Shown: positions 25,001 to 38,400 of the stretch, piece after piece
Layout: each line of letters starts with the position of its first letter
How positions within the stretch are numbered: position 1 is the stretch's first letter
Assembly (NCBI RefSeq): GCF_009914755.1
Contig: NC_060938.1
Length of the DNA stretch: 64,000 nucleotides
DNA from: the human T2T-CHM13v2.0 reference genome, Homo sapiens
Strand: one strand, 5' to 3'
Program-made: the position numbers and the translations under genes
The notes under the pieces: model-generated
Told to the model about the DNA's origin: nothing
Database searches by the model: none
Seen by the model: only the letters and a program-made list of their open reading frames with translations

Positions 25001-26480
25001 CTTCCAGATACTACAAAAAGAGTGTTTCAAACCTACTCTGTGAAAGGGAATATTCAACTCTGTGACTTGAATGCACATATCACAAGGAAGTTTCTGAGAA
25101 TGCTTCTGTCGAGATTTTATATGAAGATATTCCCGTTTCCAACGAAATGCTGAAATCTATCCAAATATCCCCTCGCAGATTCTACAAAAAGAGTGTTTCA
25201 AAACTGCTCTGTGAAAAGAAAGGTTCAACTCTGTTAGTTGAGTACACACATCACAAACAAGTTTCACAGAATGCTTCTTTCTAGCTTGTAGGGGAAGATA
25301 TTCCCTTTATCACCATGGGCCTCCAACCGTCCGAAACATCCACTTCCATATACTACAAAAAGAGCGTTTCAAACCTGCTCTATGAAAGGCAATGTTCAAC
25401 TCTGTGACTTGAATGCAGACATCACAGAGCAGTTTCTGAGAATGCTTCTGTCTAGATTTTATAGGAAGATATTCCCGTTTCCAACGAAATCTTCACAGCT
25501 ATCCAAATATCCACTTGCAGATTCTACAAAAAGAGTGTATCAAAACTGCTCTGTCAAAAGGAAGGTTCTTCTCTGTTAGGTGAGTGCATACGTCATAAAG
25601 GAGTTTCTGAGAATGTTTCTGTCTAGTGGTTATGGGAAGATATTTGCTTTTTCACCGTAGGCCTCAGAGCGCTCCAAATATCCACTTGCACATACTACAA
25701 AAAGAGTGCTTCATAGCTGCTCTCTGAAACGGAATGTTCAACTCTATGAGTTGAATGCAAACATCACAAAGACGTTTCTGAGAATGCTTCTGTCTAGATT
25801 TGATATGAAGATATTCCCGTTTCCAACGAAATCTTCAAATCTATCCAAATGTCCACTTGCAGATTCAACAAAAAGTGTTTTTCAGAACTGCTCTATCAAA
25901 AGAAAGATCCACCTCTGTTAGCTGAGTTCACACATCACAAACAAGTTTATGAGAATGCTTCTGTCTAGTTTTTATTTGAAGATATTTCCTTTCTCACCAT
26001 AGAGCTGAAAGCTGTCCTAATGTTCACTTCCAGATACTACAGAAAGAGTGTTTCAAAACTGCTGTACGAAAGGGAATGTTCAACTCTGTGACTTGAATGC
26101 ACACATCACAAAGAAGTTTCTGAGGATGCTGCTGTCTACTTTTTATACGTAATCCCGTTTCCAACGAAATCCTCCAAGCTATCCAAATATCCACTTGCAG
26201 ATTCCACAGAAAGACTGTTTCAAAACTGCTCTGTCAATAGAAAGGTTCAACTCTGTTAGCTGCATGCATATATCCCAAAGAAGATTCTGAGATTGCTTCT
26301 GTCTAGTTTTTATGGGAAGATATTTCCCTTTTCACCGTAGGCGTCAAGGCGCTCCAAATGTCCACTTCCAGATACTACAAAAAGAGTGTTTCAAACCTAC
26401 TCTGTGAAAGGGAATATTCAACTCTGTGACTTGAATGCACATATCACAAGGAAGTTTCTGAGAATGCTTCTGTCGAGATT
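18300..26480. repeat. Tandem 3-HOR (4092 bp) duplication
   Basis: Rare SNP pairs 4092 apart: 19054/23146 and 21622/25714. Units 15 and 18 share the same mosaic haplotype. Confidence 0.85.
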
Positions 26481-29400
26481 TTATATGAAGATATTCCCGT
26501 TTCCAACGAAATCCTGAAATCTATCCAAATATCCCCTTGCAGATTCTACAAAAAGAGTGTTTCAAAACTGCTCTGTAAAAAGAAAGGTTCAACTCTGTTA
26601 GTTGAGTACACACATCACAAACAAGTTTCACACAATGCTTCTTTCTAGCTTGTAGGGGAAGATATTCCCTTTATCACCATGGGCCTCAAACCGTCCGAAA
26701 AGTCCACTTCCATATACTACAAAAAGAGCGTTTCAAACCTGCTCTATGAAAGGCAATGTTCAACTCTGTGACTTGAATGCAGACATCACAGAGCAGTTTC
26801 TGAGAATGCTTCTGTCTAGATTTTATAGGAAGATATTCCCGTTTCCAACGAAATCTTCACAGCTATCCAAATATCCACTTGCAGATTCTACAAAAAGAGT
26901 GTATCAAAACTGCTCTGTCAAAAGGAAGGTTCTTTTCTGTTAGGTGAGTGCATACGTCATAAAGGAGTTTCTGAGAATGTTTCTGTCTAGTGGTTATGGG
27001 AAGATATTTGCTTTTTCACCGTAGGCCTCAGAGCGCTCCAAATATCCACTTGCACATACTACAAAAAGAGTGCCTCAAAGCTGCTCTCTGAAACGGAATG
27101 TTCAACTCTATGAGTTGAATGCAAACATCGCAAAGACGTTTCTGAGAATGCTTCTGTCTAGATTTGATATGAAGATATTCCCGTTTCCAACGAAATCTTC
27201 AAATCTATCCAAATGTCCACTTGCAGATTCAACAAAAAGTGTTTTTCAGAACTGCTCTATCAAAAGAAAGATCCACCTCTGTTAGCTGAGTTCACACATC
27301 ACAAACAAGTTTATGAGAATGCTTCTGTCTAGTTTTTATTTGAAGATATTTCCTTTCTCACCATAGAGCTGAAAGCTGTCCTAATGTTCACTTCCAGATA
27401 CTACAGAAAGAGTGTTTCAAAACTGCTGTACGAAAGGGAATGTTCAACTCTGTGACTTGAATGCACACATCACAAAGAAGTTTCTGAGGATGCTGCTGTC
27501 TACTTTTTATACGTAACCCCGTTTCCAACGAAATCCTCCAAGCTATCCAAATATCCACTTGCAGATTCCACAGAAAGACTGTTTCAAAACTGCTCTGTCA
27601 ATAGAAAGGTTCAACTCTGTTAGCTGCATGCATATATCCCAAAGAAGATTCTGAGATTGCTTCTGTCTAGTTTTTATGGGAAGATATTTCCCTTTTCACC
27701 GTAGGCGTCAAGGCGCTCCAAATGTCCACTTCCAGATACTACAAAAAGAGTGTTTCAAACCTACTCTGTGAAAGGGAATATTCAACTCTGTGACTTGAAT
27801 GCACATATCACAAGGAAGTTTCTGAGAATGCTTCTGTCGAGATTTTATATGAAGATATTCCCGTTTCCAACGAAATCCTGAAATCTATCCAAATATCCCC
27901 TTGCAGATTCTACAAAAAGAGTGTTTCAAAACTGCTCTGTAAAAAGAAAGGTTCAACTCTGTTAGTTGAGTACACACATCACAAACAAGTTTCACACAAT
28001 GCTTCTTTCTAGCTTGTAGGGGAAGATATTCCCTTTATCACCATGGGCCTCAAACCGTCCGATAAGTCCACTTCCATATACTACAAAAAGAGCGTTTCAA
28101 ACCTGCTCTATGAAAGGCAATGTTCAACTCTGTGACTTGAATGCAGACATCGCAGAGCAGTTTCTGAGAATGCTTCTGTCTAGATTTTATAGGAAGATAT
28201 TCCCGTTTCCAACGAAATCTTCACAGCTATCCAAATATCCACTTGCAGATTCTACAAAAAGAGTGTATCAAAACTGCTCTGTCAAAAGGAAGTTTCTTTT
28301 CTGTTAGGTGAGTGCATACGTCATAAAGGAGTTTCTGAGAATGTTTCTGTCTAGTGGTTATGGGAAGATATTTGCTTTTTCACCGTAGGCCTCAGAGCGC
28401 TCCAAATATCCACTTGCACATACTACAAAAAGAGTGCCTCAAAGCTGCTCTCTGAAACGGAATGTTCAACTCTATGAGTTGAATGCAAACATCGCAAAGA
28501 CGTTTCTGAGAATGCTTCTGTCTAGATTTGATATGAAGATATTCCCGTTTCCAACGAAATCTTCAAATCTATCCAAATGTCCACTTGCAGATTCAACAAA
28601 AAGTGTTTTTCAGAACTGCTCTATCAAAAGAAAGATCCACCTCTGTTAGCTGAGTTCACACATCACAAACAAGTTTATGAGAATGCTTCTGTCTAGTTTT
28701 TATTTGAAGATATTTCCTTTCTCACCATAGAGCTGAAAGCTGTCCTAATGTTCACTTCCAGATACTACAGAAAGAGTGTTTCAAAACTGCTGTACGAAAG
28801 GGAATGTTCAACTCTGTGACTTGAATGCACACATCACAAAGAAGTTTCTGAGGATGCTGCTGTCTACTTTTTATACGTAATCCCGTTTCCAACGAAATCC
28901 TCCAAGCTATCCAAATATCCACTTGCAGATTCCACAGAAAGACTGTTTCAAAACTGCTCTGTCAATAGAAAGGTTCAACTCTGTTAGCTGCATGCATATA
29001 TCCCAAAGAAGATTCTGAGATTGCTTCTGTCTAGTTTTTATGGGAAGATATTTCCCTTTTCACCGTAGGCGTCAAGGCGCTCCAAATGTCCACTTCCAGA
29101 TACTACAAAAAGAGTGTTTCAAACCTACTCTGTGAAAGGGAATATTCAACTCTGTGACTTGAATGCACATATCACAAGGAAGTTTCTGAGAATGCTTCTG
29201 TCGAGATTTTATATGAAGATATTCCCGTTTCCAACGAAATCCTGAAATCTATCCAAATATCCCCTTGCAGATTCTACAAAAAGAGTGTTTCAAAACTGCT
29301 CTGTAAAAAGAAAGGTTCAACTCTGTTAGTTGAGTACACACATCACAAACAAGTTTCACACAATGCTTCTTTCTAGCTTGTAGGGGAAGATATTCCCTTT

Positions 29401-32400
29401 ATCACCATGGGCCTCAAACCGTCCGATAAGTCCACTTCCATATACTACAAAAAGAGCGTTTCAAACCTGCTCTATGAAAGGCAATGTTCAACTCTGTGAC
29501 TTGAATGCAGACATCGCAGAGCAGTTTCTGAGAATGCTTCTGTCTAGATTTTATAGGAAGATATTCCCGTTTCCAACGAAATCTTCACAGCTATCCAAAT
29601 ATCCACTTGCAGATTCTACAAAAAGAGTGTATCAAAACTGCTCTGTCAAAAGGAAGTTTCTTTTCTGTTAGGTGAGTGCATACGTCATAAAGGAGTTTCT
29701 GAGAATGTTTCTGTCTAGTGGTTATGGGAAGATATTTGCTTTTTCACCGTAGGCCTCAGAGCGCTCCAAATATCCACTTGCACATACTACAAAAAGAGTG
29801 CCTCAAAGCTGCTCTCTGAAACGGAATGTTCAACTCTATGAGTTGAATGCAAACATCGCAAAGACGTTTCTGAGAATGCTTCTGTCTAGATTTGATATGA
29901 AGATATTCCCGTTTCCAACGAAATCTTCAAATCTATCCAAATGTCCACTTGCAGATTCAACAAAAAGTGTTTTTCAGAACTGCTCTATCAAAAGAAAGAT
30001 CCACCTCTGTTAGCTGAGTTCACACATCACAAACAAGTTTATGAGAATGCTTCTGTCTAGTTTTTATTTGAAGATATTTCCTTTCTCACCATAGAGCTGA
30101 AAGCTGTCCTAATGTTCACTTCCAGATACTACAGAAAGAGTGTTTCAAAACTGCTGTACGAAAGGGAATGTTCAACTCTGTGACTTGAATGCACACATCA
30201 CAAAGAAGTTTCTGAGGATGCTGCTGTCTACTTTTTATACGTAATCCCGTTTCCAACGAAATCCTCCAAGCTATCCAAATATCCACTTGCAGATTCCACA
30301 GAAAGACTGTTTCAAAACTGCTCTGTCAATAGAAAGGTTCAACTCTGTTAGCTGCATGCATATATCCCAAAGAAGATTCTGAGATTGCTTCTGTCTAGTT
30401 TTTATGGGAAGATATTTCCCTTTTCACCGTAGGCGTCAAGGCGCTCCAAATGTCCACTTCCAGATACTACAAAAAGAGTGTTTCAAACCTACTCTGTGAA
30501 AGGGAATATTCAACTCTGTGACTTGAATGCACATATCACAAGGAAGTTTCTGAGAATGCTTCTGTCGAGATTTTATATGAAGATATTCCCGTTTCCAACG
30601 AAATCCTGAAATCTATCCAAATATCCCCTTGCAGATTCTACAAAAAGAGTGTTTCAAAACTGCTCTGTAAAAAGAAAGGTTCAACTCTGTTAGTTGAGTA
30701 CACACATCACAAACAAGTTTCACACAATGCTTCTTTCTAGCTTGTAGGGGAAGATATTCCCTTTATCACCATGGGCCTCAAACCGTCCGAAAAGTCCACT
30801 TCCATATACTACAAAAAGAGCGTTTCAAACCTGCTCTATGAAAGGCAATGTTCAACTCTGTGACTTGAATGCAGACATCACAGAGCAGTTTCTGAGAATG
30901 CTTCTGTCTAGATTTTATAGGAAGATATTCCCGTTTCCAACGAAATCTTCACAGCTATCCAAATATCCACTTGCAGATTCTACAAAAAGAGTGTATCAAA
31001 ACTGCTCTGTCAAAAGGAAGGTTCTTTTCTGTTAGGTGAGTGCATACGTCATAAAGGAGTTTCTGAGAATGTTTCTGTCTAGTGGTTATGGGAAGATATT
31101 TGCTTTTTCACCGTAGGCCTCAGAGCGCTCCAAATATCCACTTGCACATACTACAAAAAGAGTGCCTCAAAGCTGCTCTCTGAAACGGAATGTTCAACTC
31201 TATGAGTTGAATGCAAACATCGCAAAGACGTTTCTGAGAATGCTTCTGTCTAGATTTGATATGAAGATATTCCCGTTTCCAACGAAATCTTCAAATCTAT
31301 CCAAATGTCCACTTGCAGATTCAACAAAAAGTGTTTTTCAGAACTGCTCTATCAAAAGAAAGATCCACCTCTGTTAGCTGAGTTCACACATCACAAACAA
31401 GTTTATGAGAATGCTTCTGTCTAGTTTTTATTTGAAGATATTTCCTTTCTCACCATAGAGCTGAAAGCTGTCCTAATGTTCACTTCCAGATACTACAGAA
31501 AGAGTGTTTCAAAACTGCTGTACGAAAGGGAATGTTCAACTCTGTGACTTGAATGCACACATCACAAAGAAGTTTCTGAGGATGCTGCTGTCTACTTTTT
31601 ATACGTAATCCCGTTTCCAACGAAATCCTCCAAGCTATCCAAATATCCACTTGCAGATTCCACAGAAAGACTGTTTCAAAACTGCTCTGTCAATAGAAAG
31701 GTTCAACTCTGTTAGCTGCGTGCATATATCCCAAAGAAGATTCTGAGATTGCTTCTGTCTAGTTTTTATGGGAAGATATTTCCCTTTTCACCGTAGGCGT
31801 CAAGGCGCTCCAAATGTCCACTTCCAGATACTACAAAAAGAGTGTTTCAAACCTACTCTGTGAAAGGGAATATTCAACTCTGTGACTTGAATGCACATAT
31901 CACAAGGAAGTTTCTGAGAATGCTTCTGTCGAGATTTTATATGAAGATATTCCCGTTTCCAACGAAATCCTGAAATGTATCCAAATATCCCCTTGCAGAT
32001 TCTACAAAAAGAGTGTTTCAAAACTGCTCTGTAAAAAGAAAGGTTCAACTCTGTTAGTTGAGTACACACATCACAAACAAGTTTCACACAATGCTTCTTT
32101 CTAGCTTGTAGGGGAAGATATTCCCTTTATCACCATGGGCCTCAAACCGTCCGAAAAGTCCACTTCCATATACTACAAAAAGAGCGTTTCAAACCTGCTC
32201 TATGAAAGGCAATGTTCAACTCTGTGACTTGAATGCAGACATCACAGAGCAGTTTCTGAGAATGCTTCTGTCTAGATTTTATAGGAAGATATTCCCGTTT
32301 CCAACGAAATCTTCACAGCTATCCAAATATCCACTTGCAGATTCTACAAAAAGAGTGTATCAAAACTGCTCTGTCAAAAGGAAGGTTCTTTTCTGTTAGG

Positions 32401-35400
32401 TGAGTGCATACGTCATAAAGGAGTTTCTGAGAATGTTTCTGTCTAGTGGTTATGGGAAGATATTTGCTTTTTCACCGTAGGCCTCAGAGCGCTCCAAATA
32501 TCCACTTGCACATACTACAAAAAGAGTGCCTCAAAGCTGCTCTCTGAAACGGAATGTTCAACTCTATGAGTTGAATGCAAACATCGCAAAGACGTTTCTG
32601 AGAATGCTTCTGTCTAGATTTGATATGAAGATATTCCCGTTTCCAACGAAATCTTCAAATCTATCCAAATGTCCACTTGCAGATTCAACAAAAAGTGTTT
32701 TTCAGAACTGCTCTATCAAAAGAAAGATCCACCTCTGTTAGCTGAGTTCACACATCACAAACAAGTTTATGAGAATGCTTCTGTCTAGTTTTTATTTGAA
32801 GATATTTCCTTTCTCACCATAGAGCTGAAAGCTGTCCTAATGTTCACTTCCAGATACTACAGAAAGAGTGTTTCAAAACTGCTGTACGAAAGGGAATGTT
32901 CAACTCTGTGACTTGAATGCACACATCACAAAGAAGTTTCTGAGGATGCTGCTGTCTACTTTTTATACGTAATCCCGTTTCCAACGAAATCCTCCAAGCT
33001 ATCCAAATATCCACTTGCAGATTCCACAGAAAGACTGTTTCAAAACTGCTCTGTCAATAGAAAGGTTCAACTCTGTTAGCTGCGTGCATATATCCCAAAG
33101 AAGATTCTGAGATTGCTTCTGTCTAGTTTTTATGGGAAGATATTTCCCTTTTCACCGTAGGCGTCAAGGCGCTCCAAATGTCCACTTCCAGATACTACAA
33201 AAAGAGTGTTTCAAACCTACTCTGTGAAAGGGAATATTCAACTCTGTGACTTGAATGCACATATCACAAGGAAGTTTCTGAGAATGCTTCTGTCGAGATT
33301 TTATATGAAGATATTCCCGTTTCCAACGAAATCCTGAAATCTATCCAAATATCCCCTCGCAGATTCTACAAAAAGAGTGTTTCAAAACTGCTCTGTGAAA
33401 AGAAAGGTTCAACTCTGTTAGTTGAGTACACACATCACAAACAAGTTTCACAGAATGCTTCTTTCTAGCTTGTAGGGGAAGATATTCCCTTTATCACCAT
33501 GGGCCTCCAACCGTCCGAAACATCCACTTCCATATACTACAAAAAGAGTGTTTCAAACCTGCTCTATGAAAGGCAATGTTCAACTCTGTGACTTGAATGC
33601 AGACATCACAGAGCAGTTTCTGAGAATGCTTCTGTCTAGATTTTATAGGAAGATATTCCCGTTTCCAACGAAATCTTCACAGCTATCCAAATATCCACTT
33701 GCAGATTCTACAAAAAGAGTGTATCAAAACTGCTCTGTCAAAAGGAAGGTTCTTCTCTGTTAGGTGAGTGCATACGTCATAAAGGAGTTTCTGAGAATGT
33801 TTCTGTCTAGTGGTTATGGGAAGATATTTGCTTTTTCACCGTAGGCCTCAGAGCGCTCCAAATATCCACTTGCACATACTACAAAAAGAGTGCTTCAAAG
33901 CTGCTCTCTGAAACGGAATGTTCAACTCTATGAGTTGAATGCAAACATCGCAAAGACGTTTCTGAGAATGCTTCTGTCTAGATTTGATATGAAGATATTC
34001 CCGTTTCCAACGAAATCTTCAAATCTATCCAAATGTCCACTTGCAGATTCAACAAAAAGTGTTTTTCAGAACTGCTCTATCAAAAGAAAGATCCACCTCT
34101 GTTAGCTGAGTTCACACATCACAAACAAGTTTATGAGAATGCTTCTGTCTAGTTTTTATTTGAAGATATTTCCTTTCTCACCATAGAGCTGAAAGCTGTC
34201 CTAATGTTCACTTCCAGATACTACAGAAAGAGTGTTTCAAAACTGCTGTACGAAAGGGAATGTTCAACTCTGTGACTTGAATGCACACATCACAAAGAAG
34301 TTTCTGAGGATGCTGCTGTCTACTTTTTATACGTAATCCCGTTTCCAACGAAATCCTCCAAGCTATCCAAATATCCACTTGCAGATTCCACAGAAAGACT
34401 GTTTCAAAACTGCTCTGTCAATAGAAAGGTTCAACTCTGTTAGCTGCATGCATATATCCCAAAGAAGATTCTGAGATTGCTTCTGTCTAGTTTTTATGGG
34501 AAGATATTTCCCTTTTCACCGTAGGCGTCAAGGCGCTCCAAATGTCCACTTCCAGATACTACAAAAAGAGTGTTTCAAACCTACTCTGTGAAAGGGAATA
34601 TTCAACTCTGTGACTTGAATGCACATATCACAAGGAAGTTTCTGAGAATGCTTCTGTCGAGATTTTATATGAAGATATTCCCGTTTCCAACGAAATCCTG
34701 AAATCTATCCAAATATCCCCTTGCAGATTCTACAAAAAGAGTGTTTCAAAACTGCTCTGTAAAAAGAAAGGTTCAACTCTGTTAGTTGAGTACACACATC
34801 ACAAACAAGTTTCACACAATGCTTCTTTCTAGCTTGTAGGGGAAGATATTCCCTTTATCACCATGGGCCTCAAACCGTCCGATAAGTCCACTTCCATATA
34901 CTACAAAAAGAGCGTTTCAAACCTGCTCTATGAAAGGCAATGTTCAACTCTGTGACTTGAATGCAGACATCGCAGAGCAGTGTCTGAGAATGCTTCTGTC
35001 TAGATTTTATAGGAAGATATTCCCGTTTCCAACGAAATCTTCACAGCTATCCAAATATCCACTTGCAGATTCTACAAAAAGAGTGTATCAAAACTGCTCT
35101 GTCAAAAGGAAGGTTCTTTTCTGTTAGGTGAGTGCATACGTCATAAAGGAGTTTCTGAGAATGTTTCTGTCTAGTGGTTATGGGAAGATATTTGCTTTTT
35201 CACCGTAGGCCTCAGAGCGCTCCAAATATCCACTTGCACATACTACAAAAAGAGTGCCTCAAAGCTGCTCTCTGAAACGGAATGTTCAACTCTATGAGTT
35301 GAATGCAAACATCGCAAAGACGTTTCTGAGAATGCTTCTGTCTAGATTTGATATGAAGATATTCCCGTTTCCAACGAAATCTTCAAATCTATCCAAATGT

Positions 35401-35464
35401 CCACTTGCAGATTCAACAAAAAGTGTTTTTCAGAACTGCTCTATCAAAAGAAAGATCCACCTCT
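19097..35464. repeat. Copy 1 (12 HORs, units 15-26) of a large tandem duplication
   Basis: Shares ordered rare SNPs with units 27-37 at offset 16368, then 15004. Confidence 0.92.
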
Positions 35465-38400
35465 GTTAGCTGAGTTCACACATCACAAACAAGTTTATGA
35501 GAATGCTTCTGTCTAGTTTTTATTTGAAGATATTTCCTTTCTCACCATAGAGCTGAAAGCTGTCCTAATGTTCACTTCCAGATACTACAGAAAGAGTGTT
35601 TCAAAACTGCTGTACGAAAGGGAATGTTCAACTCTGTGACTTGAATGCACACATCACAAAGAAGTTTCTGAGGATGCTGCTGTCTACTTTTTATACGTAA
35701 TCCCGTTTCCAACGAAATCCTCCAAGCTATCCAAATATCCACTTGCAGATTCCACAGAAAGACTGTTTCAAAACTGCTCTGTCAATAGAAAGGTTCAACT
35801 CTGTTAGCTGCATGCATATATCCCAAAGAAGATTCTGAGATTGCTTCTGTCTAGTTTTTATGGGAAGATATTTCCCTTTTCACCGTAGGCGTCAAGGCGC
35901 TCCAAATGTCCACTTCCAGATACTACAAAAAGAGTGTTTCAAACCTACTCTGTGAAAGGGAATATTCAACTCTGTGACTTGAATGCACATATCACAAGGA
36001 AGTTTCTGAGAATGCTTCTGTCGAGATTTTATATGAAGATATTCCCGTTTCCAACGAAATGCTGAAATCTATCCAAATATCCCCTCGCAGATTCTACAAA
36101 AAGAGTGTTTCAAAACTGCTCTGTAAAAAGAAAGGTTCAACTCTGTTAGTTGAGTACACACATCACAAACAAGTTTCACACAATGCTTCTTTCTAGCTTG
36201 TAGGGGAAGATATTCCCTTTATCACCATGGGCCTCAAACCGTCCGATAAGTCCACTTCCATATACTACAAAAAGAGCGTTTCAAACCTGCTCTATGAAAG
36301 GCAATGTTCAACTCTGTGACTTGAATGCAGACATCACAGAGCAGTTTCTGAGAATGCTTCTGTCTAGATTTTATAGGAAGATATTCCCGTTTCCAACGAA
36401 ATCTTCACAGCTATCCAAATATCCACTTGCAGATTCTACAAAAAGAGTGTATCAAAACTGCTCTGTCAAAAGGAAGGTTCTTTTCTGTTAGGTGAGTGCA
36501 TACGTCATAAAGGAGTTTCTGAGAATGTTTCTGTCTAGTGGTTATGGGAAGATATTTGCTTTTTCACCGTAGGCCTCAGAGCGCTCCAAATATCCACTTG
36601 CACATACTACAAAAAGAGTGCCTCAAAGCTGCTCTCTGAAACGGAATGTTCAACTCTATGAGTTGAATGCAAACATCGCAAAGACGTTTCTGAGAATGCT
36701 TCTGTCTAGATTTGATATGAAGATATTCCCGTTTCCAACGAAATCTTCAAATCTATCCAAATGTCCACTTGCAGATTCAACAAAAAGTGTTTTTCAGAAC
36801 TGCTCTATCAAAAGAAAGATCCACCTCTGTTAGCTGAGTTCACACATCACAAACAAGTTTATGAGAATGCTTCTGTCTAGTTTTTATTTGAAGATATTTC
36901 CTTTCTCACCATAGAGCTGAAAGCTGTCCTAATGTTCACTTCCAGATACTACAGAAAGAGTGTTTCAAAACTGCTGTACGAAAGGGAATGTTCAACTCTG
37001 TGACTTGAATGCACACATCACAAAGAAGTTTCTGAGGATGCTGCTGTCTACTTTTTATACGTAATCCCGTTTCCAACGAAATCCTCCAAGCTATCCAAAT
37101 ATCCACTTGCAGATTCCACAGAAAGACTGTTTCAAAACTGCTCTGTCAATAGAAAGGTTCAACTCTGTTAGCTGCATGCATATATCCCAAAGAAGATTCT
37201 GAGATTGCTTCTGTCTAGTTTTTATGGGAAGATATTTCCCTTTTCACCGTAGGCGTCAAGGCGCTCCAAATGTCCACTTCCAGATACTACAAAAAGAGTG
37301 TTTCAAACCTACTCTGTGAAAGGGAATATTCAACTCTGTGACTTGAATGCACATATCACAAGGAAGTTTCTGAGAATGCTTCTGTCGAGATTTTATATGA
37401 AGATATTCCCGTTTCCAACGAAATGCTGAAATCTATCCAAATATCCCCTCGCAGATTCTACAAAAAGAGTGTTTCAAAACTGCTCTGTGAAAAGAAAGGT
37501 TCAACTCTGTTAGTTGAGTACACACATCACAAACAAGTTTCACAGAATGCTTCTTTCTAGCTTGTAGGGGAAGATATTCCCTTTATCACCATGGGCCTCA
37601 AACCGTCCGAAACATCCACTTCCATATACTACAAAAAGAGCGTTTCAAACCTGCTCTATGAAAGGCAATGTTCAACTCTGTGACTTGAATGCAGACATCA
37701 CAGAGCAGTTTCTGAGAATGCTTCTGTCTAGATTTTATAGGAAGATATTCCCGTTTCCAACGAAATCTTCACAGCTATCCAAATATCCACTTGCAGATTC
37801 TACAAAAAGAGTGTATCAAAACTGCTCTGTCAAAAGGAAGGTTCTTCTCTGTTAGGTGAGTGCATACGTCATAAAGGAGTTTCTGAGAATGTTTCTGTCT
37901 AGTGGTTATGGGAAGATATTTGCTTTTTCACCGTAGGCCTCAGAGCGCTCCAAATATCCACTTGCACATACTACAAAAAGAGTGCTTCATAGCTGCTCTC
38001 TGAAACGGAATGTTCAACTCTATGAGTTGAATGCAAACATCACAAAGACGTTTCTGAGAATGCTTCTGTCTAGATTTGATATGAAGATATTCCCGTTTCC
38101 AACGAAATCTTCAAATCTATCCAAATGTCCACTTGCAGATTCAACAAAAAGTGTTTTTCAGAACTGCTCTATCAAAAGAAAGATCCACCTCTGTTAGCTG
38201 AGTTCACACATCACAAACAAGTTTATGAGAATGCTTCTGTCTAGTTTTTATTTGAAGATATTTCCTTTCTCACCATAGAGCTGAAAGCTGTCCTAATGTT
38301 CACTTCCAGATACTACAGAAAGAGTGTTTCAAAACTGCTGTACGAAAGGGAATGTTCAACTCTGTGACTTGAATGCACACATCACAAAGAAGTTTCTGAG

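Noticed and set aside
27517-27533. Variant CENP-B box 1 (cCCCGTTTCCAACGAAA; also 43885)
   Set aside because: The change affects the terminal base outside the nine-base core, so it was not counted as a disrupted box.
31800-32087. Unique 95 aa minus-strand ORF
   Set aside because: It is created by one private SNP (C>G at 31977) removing a stop codon, and is absent from the duplicate unit 35. It is not an insertion or a gene.
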